A DNA stretch of 44,475 nt from Bacteroidota bacterium (GCA_020047935.1 JAIFNC010000057.1:1-44475), one strand, 5' to 3'. Shown: positions 1 to 9,168, counted from the stretch's first letter. Notes: a model not told the origin generated them from the letters alone. A program made the numbers and translations.

Positions 1-1216
1 CACTACTTTTTAGCAAACTGTTACCAGTTGGGTCATCCATAGTTGGGTTGTCCACAAGCGTAAATTCGGGCAAACGTTGCCCTATTTGTTCATTATATAT
101 TCTTATTCCTTCTCTTTCGATATTGATTGCTGCGTTCATATCACGGTCAATAACAGTTCCACACTCTTCACAGATAAATTCTCTGTCCTTTAATGTTAAA
201 TTGTTATTCTTCCATCCACATTCACAACAAGTTTTACTTGATGGAAACCATCTACTAACAAATACTAATTCTCTTCCATACCACTTTGACTTATATTCCA
301 ATTGTCTCCTCATTTCATATAAACCAAGTTCCTGAATTGACTTAGCTAATTTATGGTTCTTCATTATTCCACTAACATTCAAATCTTCTAAAACAATAAC
401 TTGGTTCTCGTTAATTATCTTAGTTGTAATGTTATGAAGGAAATCTTGTTTTTGATTTTTAATCTTTTCGTGTAACTTGGCAAGTCTTAATCTTACCTTG
501 TTACGATTGTTACTACCTTTAACCTTTTTTGATAGTTGTTTTTGTATCTTCTTTAACTTCTTTTCGTTGGTTTTTATCCATCTTGGATTATCAATGGTTT
601 CACCATCTGAAAAAGTTAAAAGTGTTTTAATTCCTAAATCTATTCCGACTGATTTATTTGATTTGTTAACTATTCTTAATAAATCACCATCTATTAAGAT
701 TGTTGCAAAATATTTACCTGATTTGGTTTTAGTAATCGTAACGGATTTAATGCCTTGTTTGTTTTTGTAAAGGTATTGTTTATCCCTGTCCGAACATTCA
801 AATTTCAAACCTTTAATGGTTTTAGTTAAATTCAGTCTTGAAGTTTCTTCATCAAAAGTTTTGGAAGCGACTGCTTCTTGTGGAAATCTAACTTTCTGCT
901 CATCGTGTTTTGATTTGAATTTAGGGAATCCTTTATGCTGTTTAAAGAAGTTCTTGTAAGCTACTTCTAAATTCATTATAGACTGTTTCAGAACCTTAGT
1001 ATTATGCTCTTTCAACCAATCATATTCACTCCTTAAATCTTGATGAAAGTAATGCCCTAAATCAGATAGCGAAGTATTCTTTTTATCGGTTTCATAATTC
1101 AGTTTTTTGTAAGCAAGGCATTGATTATAGACAAAGCGATAAGACCCAAGCAAACTATTAACTAAGTTTGTTTGTTCATTGTTTAAATATAGTCTTACCT
1201 TTATCGCTTTTAACAT
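1..1216 (-). CDS. tnpB: TnpB (OrfB_IS605-type RuvC/zinc-ribbon nuclease), 3' end cut by window edge
   Basis: My own minus-strand translation from ATG at 1216. It is absent from the ORF track because it runs off the window. Open for 405 codons: MLKAIKVRLYLNNEQ... Motifs: RuvC-I GIDLGIK (the D is codon 193, checked in frame), LEDLNV, zinc ribbon CCECG...CEECG, RuvC-III DRDMNAAINI. Confidence 0.85.
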   Translation of the reverse strand, partial: MLKAIKVRLYLNNEQTNLVNSLLGSYRFVYNQCLAYKKLNYETDKKNTSLSDLGHYFHQDLRSEYDWLKEHNTKVLKQSIMNLEVAYKNFFKQHKGFPKFKSKHDEQKVRFPQEAVASKTFDEETSRLNLTKTIKGLKFECSDRDKQYLYKNKQGIKSVTITKTKSGKYFATILIDGDLLRIVNKSNKSVGIDLGIKTLLTFSDGETIDNPRWIKTNEKKLKKIQKQLSKKVKGSNNRNKVRLRLAKLHEKIKNQKQDFLHNITTKIINENQVIVLEDLNVSGIMKNHKLAKSIQELGLYEMRRQLEYKSKWYGRELVFVSRWFPSSKTCCECGWKNNNLTLKDREFICEECGTVIDRDMNAAINIEREGIRIYNEQIGQRLPEFTLVDNPTMDDPTGNSLLKSS

Positions 1217-1388
1217 CTAATCATTTCTTTTTACCTATTTTATTATTTTCACAATTTTTACGATATTCCTCATCATCTTCTTTGCTTTTATTTCTGATTT
1301 TAACTGACGTGTAATTATTATCAGTAGCGTCTTACCTCGTTTGTTTAGTAAACGACATTTTTGATTCTTTTTTCATATCTTATACATT

Positions 1389-1880
1389 TTAGTAAGGTAA
1401 ATCATTGTCATTTACACTACTTATAATGATGCTTGACACATTATTCGGTTTGTCTTCTATTGGTGAATATCTTTCATAATCACCAACACTTCTATCTGGT
1501 ATTATTATGTTTTCACCATCGACAATATAATCATGTTCAGTCATAACTGAATTGTATATTTCTTCAACATTTTCCAATAATTCTGGGTGATAATAAAAAC
1601 TTTCTTCTTCATTATCTGTTATAAATTTAACATTAAAGTGTTTAATTAACTCATCTCGTATCATAGTTGAATTATTTCCACCATATACTGTTAGCTCTAA
1701 TGTTGGGCTATCAACGGGTTCTCTATTTTCATTTACGTAGTTTTTCTCTTTAATTAACATGTGGTTGTTGAATGGGTCAATAATCCAATTTGACCCATTA
1801 TTCACAACAACTTTTAAAGAGGTTTTTTCGTTAATATCATCAAATGATATTTTTTTATTAAATATATATTCTACGGACAT
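1389..1880 (-). CDS. Hypothetical protein, partner of the GHKL ATPase (163 aa)
   Basis: ATG at 1880 lies 1 nt after the GHKL stop (TAAAATG junction). The track start at 1991 overlaps the ATPase and is probably too long. No motif recognised. Confidence 0.55.
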   Translation of the reverse strand: MSVEYIFNKKISFDDINEKTSLKVVVNNGSNWIIDPFNNHMLIKEKNYVNENREPVDSPTLELTVYGGNNSTMIRDELIKHFNVKFITDNEEESFYYHPELLENVEEIYNSVMTEHDYIVDGENIIIPDRSVGDYERYSPIEDKPNNVSSIIISSVNDNDLPY

Positions 1881-1881
1881 T

Positions 1882-3435
1882 TTAATAAAGTATAAATTTA
1901 CGTAATCTTTCACTAACTTTAATGAAGTATTCATTAAGTAAATTTTCCTTTTCGGTGTCATTGTAATATTCTGTATCTTCCAATGATACACCCAATGAAA
2001 TTAATAATTTAAGCATAATATCTTTGGTTTCTATAGATGCTTTTGACATGAACTTTACCCAAAATGGATGTTCTTGATTTATTTCTAAAATATATAAACT
2101 ATGTTCTTTAACTGCTTTAAACATTAAACCATTTTCACCAAATCTAACAAATCTGTAGTCACAAAATTTATCATCACGGCTTCTTGTTTGTCCTGGTTTA
2201 CTACCAGGGGTTTTTATTTCTTTTATTTCAACTGGTTCTTCTCTTTTTTTGTTCATTCCACGTAACTTAGGAATATCAATAAATGGTGTGATGTTAATAC
2301 TTTTAATTGAATCATCTAATTCTTTTTTAATATCATCACTTGGTTCGTTTGATGTTTCCTTATTCTCTTCCTTACTTTTAATACTTTTAATATAAGGTTT
2401 GAATGATAGTTGACAAACATCCCTAAAACCTTGGTCAATATCATTTTTATCTGTTTCATGAATCATTTTATTAAATGTTGAGCCAAACAAGTCATCACAA
2501 TCACCATTAATAAATAATTCAATTCTTAATCCATTTAAATGACCATCACCCAATTTTCCAACCATACCCAAATCCAAACCAGACCCAACTAATCTATTAT
2601 TTCTGTAGATATATAGTCCTGCATTTGATTGATTTCTATTTATTTTTCGGGATATTGTTTCATTAACTTTTTCAATATCATAAATACTAAATTTAAAATC
2701 GTGTTCATCATATTTGAATTTCTCATTGGATGTTAAACATTTTGTATAATTTTCTTTGCGATACATTGGGTCAAAACTTTCAACAATTTCGTTATTAACG
2801 TATATCTTAATATTCGACTCATCAATAAAAAATTTGTAGATTAATGATATTTTATTTTTCAATGTTTCTTTAAATATAGTAATATTATTGTTTGTTACTC
2901 TGTCTAATTTAGTTATCGTTACAATAGTTCCAGTATCAGAATTACCATTTAATTGTTTGAACTCATCATACTCATCAGAAGAACCAATCCTAACAGGTAT
3001 CTGAAATTGATTACCTTTAATCAGTTCATCTAAATCATATGTTGCCACATAAAATTCATCATTGTCTGATTTAGTTCTGATTTCAAACTCCCTACCAATA
3101 GATAAAGCAGCAGCTTTTAGTCCAGTACCATATGAACCTAAATCTAATGTTTTGTTTTTACCTGTTATAGCGCCAAGCTTAAAAGCTTCGTCAAGTGTGT
3201 TAATGTCCATACCACACCCATCATCACAAATTTTAATGTAATCATAATCTTCCTTGGACTTTTTTACGATAATCCTAACATTCTTAGAATTAACATCAGT
3301 ATCCAGCGAGTTATCAACAATATCTGCAATTGCAGTATAATTATTATAACCTGAATTCCTCAACGTAGTTAAGAAATTTACATTTGGTGTCACATCTATT
3401 TGCGACTTTTTAATTTTTAATTCACTCATAATCAA
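1882..3435 (-). CDS. GHKL (Bergerat-fold, MORC/MutL-like) ATPase
   Basis: 517 aa. N-box IADIVDNSLD, G1 box ICDDGCGMD and G2 box GSYGTGLKAA in the N-terminal third, followed by a long C-terminal region with no motif I recognise. Confidence 0.75.
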   Translation of the reverse strand: MIMSELKIKKSQIDVTPNVNFLTTLRNSGYNNYTAIADIVDNSLDTDVNSKNVRIIVKKSKEDYDYIKICDDGCGMDINTLDEAFKLGAITGKNKTLDLGSYGTGLKAAALSIGREFEIRTKSDNDEFYVATYDLDELIKGNQFQIPVRIGSSDEYDEFKQLNGNSDTGTIVTITKLDRVTNNNITIFKETLKNKISLIYKFFIDESNIKIYVNNEIVESFDPMYRKENYTKCLTSNEKFKYDEHDFKFSIYDIEKVNETISRKINRNQSNAGLYIYRNNRLVGSGLDLGMVGKLGDGHLNGLRIELFINGDCDDLFGSTFNKMIHETDKNDIDQGFRDVCQLSFKPYIKSIKSKEENKETSNEPSDDIKKELDDSIKSINITPFIDIPKLRGMNKKREEPVEIKEIKTPGSKPGQTRSRDDKFCDYRFVRFGENGLMFKAVKEHSLYILEINQEHPFWVKFMSKASIETKDIMLKLLISLGVSLEDTEYYNDTEKENLLNEYFIKVSERLRKFILY

Positions 3436-3528
3436 TTTTTTTAATTTTTAATACTAATTATTTTTATTATTTTTTCGTAATTTAAATATTACTATTCAAA
3501 TTACTTCACAAATGTATGAAAATTTTTA

Positions 3529-4176
3529 TTATAAAACAACATTTGTATCATTGTTTTCACTATTTTTAACCTCTTTATTCTTTTTTCTACGTTCAGCACT
3601 TCTACGTCCGTACATTTTCCCACTGAAACTAGCCATTAAACTAACCAAGTCAGTAACCAAATCTTCCTGTTCACTAACATCATTCTTTTCAATGTGAATA
3701 ATCTCAACACCATAACTACTAAACATTCGTTCAATGAAGTTATATTGAAATCGTGTTAACCTATCCTTATGTTCGATTATAACTTTATTAACTTTCTTAT
3801 CAATAACTAAATTAGTCAGTTTAATAAACCCATTTCTTGTATCAGATAGACCCGAACCAACATCTTTAATAATGAAACCAACATTAAGTTTCTTCTTAGC
3901 ACAGTATTCACTTAAACGTTGTGATTGTCTATCTAAGTCACCTTTTTGTTTCTGTTCATGTGAGCTAACACGAGAATAGGTCGCAACCAAATCGGACGTT
4001 TCTACAACACTTTTATTAATTCCGATATATTCATCCAACTGTTCTTGTTGGTATCGTCTATGACCACCAGTAGTGGTTATAGGTATAAGTACACCTGACT
4101 TACCCCAACGCCTTAATGTTTCTTTTGCCACATTAAGATATTCTGATGCTTGTTTTAATGTTAACAGTTTACTCAT
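3529..4176 (-). CDS. tnpA: IS607-type serine recombinase/transposase (MerR-like HTH + resolvase core)
   Basis: HTH LTLKQASEYLNVAKETLRRWGKSG...GGHRRY, then YSRVSSHEQK (catalytic Ser), DVGSGL and KDRLTRF. Start taken at MSKLL (ATG 4176). Confidence 0.9.
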   Translation of the reverse strand: MSKLLTLKQASEYLNVAKETLRRWGKSGVLIPITTTGGHRRYQQEQLDEYIGINKSVVETSDLVATYSRVSSHEQKQKGDLDRQSQRLSEYCAKKKLNVGFIIKDVGSGLSDTRNGFIKLTNLVIDKKVNKVIIEHKDRLTRFQYNFIERMFSSYGVEIIHIEKNDVSEQEDLVTDLVSLMASFSGKMYGRRSAERRKKNKEVKNSENNDTNVVL

Positions 4177-4177
4177 T

Positions 4178-4381
4178 CTATTCCTCAATATTTTTTATAT
4201 GATTCAGAATCATAGATTTTGATTCATCTAATAATTTTTGGAATTCTTCAACGGTAATGTCTTCATCCAATTCAAATACGTTTGGATAAACATCACCATT
4301 TTCAAGTTCATATTCGGTTTTAGAAACACGAACAACTTTCATATTTTTTTCTTCCATAATTTTTATTATTTTATTCTTCAT
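4178..4381 (-). CDS. Hypothetical small acidic protein (67 aa)
   Basis: ORF ends at TAG 4178-4180, 1 nt before the tnpA ATG (TAGAATG junction). No motif recognised. Confidence 0.4.
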   Translation of the reverse strand: MKNKIIKIMEEKNMKVVRVSKTEYELENGDVYPNVFELDEDITVEEFQKLLDESKSMILNHIKNIEE

Positions 4382-4554
4382 ATATAAATATATTAATTTT
4401 TAAAAAAAGTTTGTTTTTATTGTATATATTTTTTTATTTTTGTGTAATTTTGTTTAATTTTTGTTAAACAGTTGATTTACCCTTTCTTTTCTTAATTTGT
4501 GTATGAATTTACTGCTAACTTTAATAATTTCAAGACCTAACAATGTTTTGTATA

Positions 4555-4839
4555 TCATATTATTCTATTTAAGTGATCAATAATAATTGGCTCAAAATCA
4601 TTTTCTAAATGACGTAATCTTCTTTGTTCTAACAAGTCATGTAACATTGCGTCACCAAGACTTCTAATATTTTCATGATCTTCTAGGTAATAAACAGGAA
4701 AATGATGTTGTCGATAAAGACTTGTATAACTCAAATTACTCATTCGTTCACTAAAACCAAACCCTGGATCAAACCATTGAACTGGCGTTTCAAAACCCCT
4801 TTGTTTTAACAACGCATTTAAACCTTTATTTTGAATCAT
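4555..4839 (-). CDS. Hypothetical protein (94 aa from MIQNKGL)
   Basis: Track ORF 4555-4866. A -7-like box (complement caaaggta, 4863-4870) lies inside the long version, so ATG 4839 is the likelier start. Confidence 0.5.
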   Translation of the reverse strand: MIQNKGLNALLKQRGFETPVQWFDPGFGFSERMSNLSYTSLYRQHHFPVYYLEDHENIRSLGDAMLHDLLEQRRLRHLENDFEPIIIDHLNRII

Positions 4840-4875
4840 TTTATTTAAATTAAAATTATAACACAAAGGTACGAA

Positions 4876-4900
4876 AAAGGTTTGGTATCTTCAAACCTTT
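4876..4900 (-). terminator. Hairpin terminator after ORF 4910-5239
   Basis: aaaggtttg / caaaccttt 9-bp stem. The T-run follows in the minus sense. Confidence 0.55.
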
Positions 4901-4909
4901 TAATAAATT

Positions 4910-5239
4910 TTAATAATCCAATAAAGTAGATTTTATTATTCTTAATCCCCACTTTTCTCTAAACATTCCAACGTCCATTGACATATAAAATAATTGTCCA
5001 TTCGGAACACCCATTGGTTGAATAGCGACAATGTCATTAGATAATAGTCCTGAAAACACGCGTCTAACTATTGGAAACACAACGGTATCAAAATAGTGTT
5101 CATCGTTGGGCGCGTTTTTTAATAAAAATTTTAAACCATTATTGGTTAATATCGGGAAATTCACTTTTACATTTGTGTTTAAAAATTTTAAAGGGTAACC
5201 ATTGGAAAAATCTTCCCAACCACCCAATCGGTTCACCAC
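4910..5239 (-). CDS. Mini-ORF carrying a T4 gp23/gp24-type capsid motif
   Basis: Contains IVRRVFSGLLSNDIVAIQPMGVPNGQLFYM. I recall T4 gp23 as MVRRAIPNLIAFDICGVQPMNSPTGQVFAL, which gives 14/30 identities. The ORF is only 109 aa, against roughly 500 aa for a capsid protein. Confidence 0.5.
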   Translation of the reverse strand: MVNRLGGWEDFSNGYPLKFLNTNVKVNFPILTNNGLKFLLKNAPNDEHYFDTVVFPIVRRVFSGLLSNDIVAIQPMGVPNGQLFYMSMDVGMFREKWGLRIIKSTLLDY

Positions 5240-5483
5240 ATTGTTGACAACAATATGATGGTTTTTTATTTGTCACGTCCATTGCGGGATTATAAACCAC
5301 ATTAGAAGTTGCTGATGGCATCCATATATCATCGGGAATTCTTAAATTACCATCATTAGTTAAATATTGTGTGTTCATTGTGGTATTAAAATTTCTCATT
5401 AATACAGATAATTGAACATCGTCTAAATTACCAACAGGAACTGTGAAACGATATCGAACTCTATTATCAATATAACCGTTCAA
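5139..5483 (-). CDS. Hypothetical protein; possibly the N-terminal part of one gene with 4910-5239
   Basis: Overlaps the next ORF by 101 nt in another frame. An A6 run at about 5252-5257 could join the two frames. Confidence 0.4.
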   Translation of the reverse strand: MNGYIDNRVRYRFTVPVGNLDDVQLSVLMRNFNTTMNTQYLTNDGNLRIPDDIWMPSATSNVVYNPAMDVTNKKPSYCCQQCGEPIGWLGRFFQWLPFKIFKHKCKSEFPDINQ

Positions 5484-5693
5484 CTAAACTTGTACAAAAT
5501 TACACAAGTTATCGTTTTCTTGTATGTCTTCTATTCTCAATTTAATTTCAAGTAAACATTTTTCAACATTACCTTTATCCGCGATTAATTGTAATATCAT
5601 TTCACCGATATTTCTTGTTGGACTAATTTTATACAACGATTGAAATTTTACTAATTTGTCATCAATTGTTCTTATTGTTTTAAAAGAATACAC
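5484..5693 (-). CDS. Hypothetical protein (69 aa)
   Basis: Track ORF, abutting its neighbours on the same strand. Confidence 0.45.
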   Translation of the reverse strand: MYSFKTIRTIDDKLVKFQSLYKISPTRNIGEMILQLIADKGNVEKCLLEIKLRIEDIQENDNLCNFVQV

Positions 5694-5712
5694 CCGTTTT
5701 CCGCTTTTTCCA

Positions 5713-6489
5713 TTATATTAATATTTTATTAATTGATTCTTTATCTTGTGAAAAGATTGCTGGATCTGTTGATACCCATTTATTTCTTTTTGCACCATTA
5801 ACGTCAAATTCTTGTTTAACGATAAGTCTACCACGTTTTTGTTTAACGGGTAAGTCATTCCAATTAATACCTTTTTGGTAACATAACTCTTGCATATCAT
5901 TCTGATTCTTACCGTTCAATTCTTTAGCCGAATATAGTGATTGTGCAACTGATGATATACTATTTCTTACAGTATCTTGCTGTCTCCATTGAAGATTATT
6001 TAATACTTCGTCTTTAAATGGTATAGTAAACGCTCTACTATCAAATTGTGCCATTTTAAAATCAGAAATTATTTTACTAATCATTAATCCATCGTATTCG
6101 TTAATTGGTTTTTCATTAAAAAACCTCATAATTCTTAATTGATTAAATTTTTCAGTTGTCATTGATGCGGATATACTTGTCATTTTTTGTACTTCCCCAT
6201 CAAACCAAGCATCAGTAGTTATACTGTCAAAATCAGTAAGTACTATTGTGATTTCATCTGATTGTACAAACGCTAACTTAGCACCTTGGATGTTAGCACA
6301 AAGATATTTAGCTGTTTCATCCATATCTTCAATTAAACCAACATCAAACGGTTTTTTTAGTCCTTTTGTGTAATTTTTAAATGAACGCCCATCTAATCTA
6401 ATTATAGTGTATGTTCTTCTTGGAAGATAAGTTCTTGACCTTTCTTCATAAAATTTTTTTTGTCGTATCGACAAATTATCTTTACTCAT
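5713..6489 (-). CDS. Thg1-like protein (tRNA-His guanylyltransferase family, 3'-5' nucleotidyltransferase)
   Basis: IIRLDGRSFKNYTKGLKKPFD, then AFVQSDEITIVL. These match the Thg1/TLP metal-binding signatures (RxDGRxF and SDE) at the usual spacing. Confidence 0.65.
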   Translation of the reverse strand: MSKDNLSIRQKKFYEERSRTYLPRRTYTIIRLDGRSFKNYTKGLKKPFDVGLIEDMDETAKYLCANIQGAKLAFVQSDEITIVLTDFDSITTDAWFDGEVQKMTSISASMTTEKFNQLRIMRFFNEKPINEYDGLMISKIISDFKMAQFDSRAFTIPFKDEVLNNLQWRQQDTVRNSISSVAQSLYSAKELNGKNQNDMQELCYQKGINWNDLPVKQKRGRLIVKQEFDVNGAKRNKWVSTDPAIFSQDKESINKILI

Positions 6490-6757
6490 GTTTTTTATTT
6501 TTAAATTCTAAATCGGTTATTTCAATATGATCAATAAATTCTTCAAGAGATAAATTAATGTCATCGCCATCAGCACTATGTGTTATTAGTCCGTGTGACC
6601 ATATGTCTAAATAATTTCTATTAGGGAATTTTGGCTTCAGACTTTTATTAAATTTACCCCAACCATAACCTAAACAAAACATTAATTTTTGTATTATATC
6701 CCATTCAACATCATTTTCCGCTCTAACAGATAATATTACTTTACCATCATCATTCAT
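6482..6757 (-). CDS. Hypothetical protein (91 aa)
   Basis: Track ORF; 8-nt overlap with the downstream gene. Confidence 0.5.
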   Translation of the reverse strand: MNDDGKVILSVRAENDVEWDIIQKLMFCLGYGWGKFNKSLKPKFPNRNYLDIWSHGLITHSADGDDINLSLEEFIDHIEITDLEFKNKKHE

Positions 6758-6759
6758 AA

Positions 6760-7155
6760 TTAGTCTTTTATATTATTAAACAAGGACAAAACTTCTGATA
6801 ATGTTATGACAAAACCTAATTTAGTACCATAAAAAGAAGAATACATATCGGCAGAGTTTAGAAAAACCCATCCATCATCTTCACCTAAAACTAAAATTTG
6901 AAAATATTCGTCACGTTTTATGATAGCGGCACCACCATAACTTGTTAGATGATAAACACGAATATTATTATTGCCTCGATAAACTCTACTGATAGGAAAA
7001 CTATCGTACATACCATCTTGACCACCTACCTCATTGTAAATTTTATAAATGTCGGAATTAATGAGTTCATCCAATTCCATATCATGTCTACTTACTTGGG
7101 TTGATTTTCTGTATTCTTCTAAATCTTTTTTTGAAATATATTCAGTATTGTCCAT
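6760..7155 (-). CDS. Hypothetical protein (131 aa)
   Basis: Track ORF, tightly packed (2-nt gaps). Confidence 0.55.
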   Translation of the reverse strand: MDNTEYISKKDLEEYRKSTQVSRHDMELDELINSDIYKIYNEVGGQDGMYDSFPISRVYRGNNNIRVYHLTSYGGAAIIKRDEYFQILVLGEDDGWVFLNSADMYSSFYGTKLGFVITLSEVLSLFNNIKD

Positions 7156-7157
7156 GA

Positions 7158-7592
7158 TTAGTCTTCTATTATATTTCTTTCTTGTTTTAATTCCTGAATT
7201 TGTTTATACAAATCATTTATTTTCATGCCAATTTTGTTTTCTTTTTCACAATGTTTTTCATATCTAGCTATTAATTTTTCGTCAGCCAATTGTATTTTCA
7301 TACCAGAAAAAACATATTCAATATGATCAGAATGATATAGAATCTGTACGTGTGTGACCCCTTTTTCTTTTAATTCTGTTAATATTTTAATTGCGTTATC
7401 AATATTAATTGGCTCACTATCTGCATTACCAAAACTACGGTTAATTTCACAAAAATCATCATGAGTAAGATAATCATACCCATATTGTTTATGTATTTCA
7501 TCATATAGATAATCAGATGTAATATTTTGTACTAATTCCTTAGATACGTAGATTTTATTATCCTTTTTCTTCGTGTAATTCACAGGATCCAT
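7158..7592 (-). CDS. Hypothetical protein (144 aa)
   Basis: Track ORF, tightly packed. Confidence 0.55.
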   Translation of the reverse strand: MDPVNYTKKKDNKIYVSKELVQNITSDYLYDEIHKQYGYDYLTHDDFCEINRSFGNADSEPINIDNAIKILTELKEKGVTHVQILYHSDHIEYVFSGMKIQLADEKLIARYEKHCEKENKIGMKINDLYKQIQELKQERNIIED

Positions 7593-7782
7593 GTTGGTTA
7601 GCCATTTCGTTAAATATTATTAATTTATCAAACACACAACAACCATAACCAAAGATTTCATCTATTTTACCAACCCCAGTCCATTCATTTCCTGGGTGAC
7701 GATAAATAGGTTTCTGATGTTTACAATTACAACAACACAAACCATCGATAATACCTTTATATGTACAAGTATCTTTTTTCAT
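7558..7782 (-). CDS. Cys-rich small protein (74 aa)
   Basis: CTYKG..LCCCNCKH...YGCCVFD. Possible metal binding; family unknown. Confidence 0.45.
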   Translation of the reverse strand: MKKDTCTYKGIIDGLCCCNCKHQKPIYRHPGNEWTGVGKIDEIFGYGCCVFDKLIIFNEMANQHGSCELHEEKG

Positions 7783-8129
7783 TTTTTCATTTTTTCATTT
7801 TTTATTATATTCATATCTTTCATTAAAGAAACTATTTATTTTACCAGGATTCCATCTACCGTTACGAATGGATGATATATATGCACTAGTTCCTCTTTTA
7901 TGAAAATCTGACATGACACTATATTTCAACATAAGTTATTGCATATCCTACCATACCTAAAAACTTTCCCTTGTAATACTGACTACCTTTGGGTATAATA
8001 CACTTCACTTTTATTTCACCTATCCAACTCAAATCCTCTTTAATATTCATACTGCGAGCTTAACTTACCAATGTATTCTCCCCACTTATGCCATCGCCAA
8101 CATCCTCCTTTTCCCTTGTTTTCTTTTTC

Positions 8130-8459
8130 CTACCAAACGGGGGTTAATGATATTACATATCTATTTTCGACATCATCTATCTCTTCCTTGTTATATTCCT
8201 TTATTTGATCAATATTATCTGCAACACCATAAGTGACTTTTTCATAATTAGGAAATATTTTATATCTGTCTTCCCATGTTAATACCTGTAACTCTATAAA
8301 TTCTTCTTCGGGAAAATTAAATGGAAATGAACTTTGATATATACCAGTTTCCTGCAACCACTTAGAATGTGATTGTGCCATGTATTCAAACTTATACTCT
8401 TTCGCAACTTCGTGACGCATCTCTATTTCAACAAGGTCGGGGCTTAAATTTATTAACAT
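8130..8459 (-). CDS. Hypothetical protein (109 aa)
   Basis: Track ORF. Confidence 0.5.
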   Translation of the reverse strand: MLINLSPDLVEIEMRHEVAKEYKFEYMAQSHSKWLQETGIYQSSFPFNFPEEEFIELQVLTWEDRYKIFPNYEKVTYGVADNIDQIKEYNKEEIDDVENRYVISLTPVW

Positions 8460-8494
8460 ATATCTTTTGCTTTAAGTTTTTTTACTTCTTCTTG

Positions 8495-8707
8495 TTATTG
8501 TTCAATAATCTTATCTTGTCTTACAAATATTATATGTACACTTAAATCTATTACACACAAGATTATACCAATAACAATGATAGTTTCTGTACCTAAATTT
8601 GATACAGCACTTAATACAAAGAATACTGATAAAAAAATGGGGATTACTATAAGTATTCCTGTTAACCAATCTAACTTCATAATATTATTTCTTTTTATTT
8701 TCTTCAA
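8495..8707 (-). CDS. Small membrane protein (2 predicted TM)
   Basis: Hydrophobic stretches LTGILIVIPIFLSVFFVLSAV and TIIVIGIILCVIDLSVHIIFV. An alternative start at ATG 8680 avoids the overlap with the upstream gene. Confidence 0.5.
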   Translation of the reverse strand: MKKIKRNNIMKLDWLTGILIVIPIFLSVFFVLSAVSNLGTETIIVIGIILCVIDLSVHIIFVRQDKIIEQ

Positions 8708-9017
8708 ACCATTTTGGAAACTCTATGACTAAATCGGTTATATCTCCTGTTATTCTAATATTTTTTATGAAAAAAGACCTAAACAATTCCTCAACTTCTT
8801 TTTCTGAATATACAATATCAACCTTTGGCGCAAGTTCACTATTGTCTTCGTAATAAAGAACTGTGGGATTATCGGGTACTGGTCTACCACATTCATCACA
8901 TATCAGTAATGGCGGTTGAAATCCACCTAGCGGGGTCTCACTAATAGATTCACTACCACAATGCTCACATTTGTAATAATATTGCTTGAAACCATTATTA
9001 TATTCTTTTCTTTTCAT
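8685..9017 (-). CDS. Zinc-ribbon protein (110 aa)
   Basis: CEHCGS...CDECGRP, a pair of CxxC motifs. Confidence 0.5.
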   Translation of the reverse strand: MKRKEYNNGFKQYYYKCEHCGSESISETPLGGFQPPLLICDECGRPVPDNPTVLYYEDNSELAPKVDIVYSEKEVEELFRSFFIKNIRITGDITDLVIEFPKWFEENKKK

Positions 9018-9136
9018 TATTCTACTTGTTTAATTGTATCTAAAATTGATTGTTTACTAGTTTTAACCCAACATTGACCAGTAGTATTTAACTCCGTCCA
9101 ATTTTCTTTTCCATATCCTTTTTTTTATTTACACCA

Positions 9137-9168
9137 CAAAGATAATACTAATATCCCATATAAACAAA
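9137..9168 (-). promoter_or_regulatory. Bacteroidota-type promoter for gene 8685-9017; left border copy of the island promoter subfamily
   Basis: Minus sense: TTTG (9165-9168), 20 nt, then TATCTTTG (9137-9144). 9131-9178 aligns without gaps to 19141-19188 at 37/48 positions (hand count). Confidence 0.55.

Larger units (their letters stand above)
1..4176 (-). mobile_element. Possible IS607-family unit: tnpA and tnpB separated by a 2.3 kb cargo; ends not defined
   Basis: tnpA (3529-4176) and tnpB (1-1216) lie on the same strand in the canonical order. They are not adjacent: two unrelated ORFs sit between them. I found no terminal repeats. Confidence 0.35.

Noticed and set aside
48-770. Plus-strand ORFs 48-335 and 477-770.
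   Set aside because: They are antisense to the well-supported tnpB reading frame, of low complexity and without motifs.
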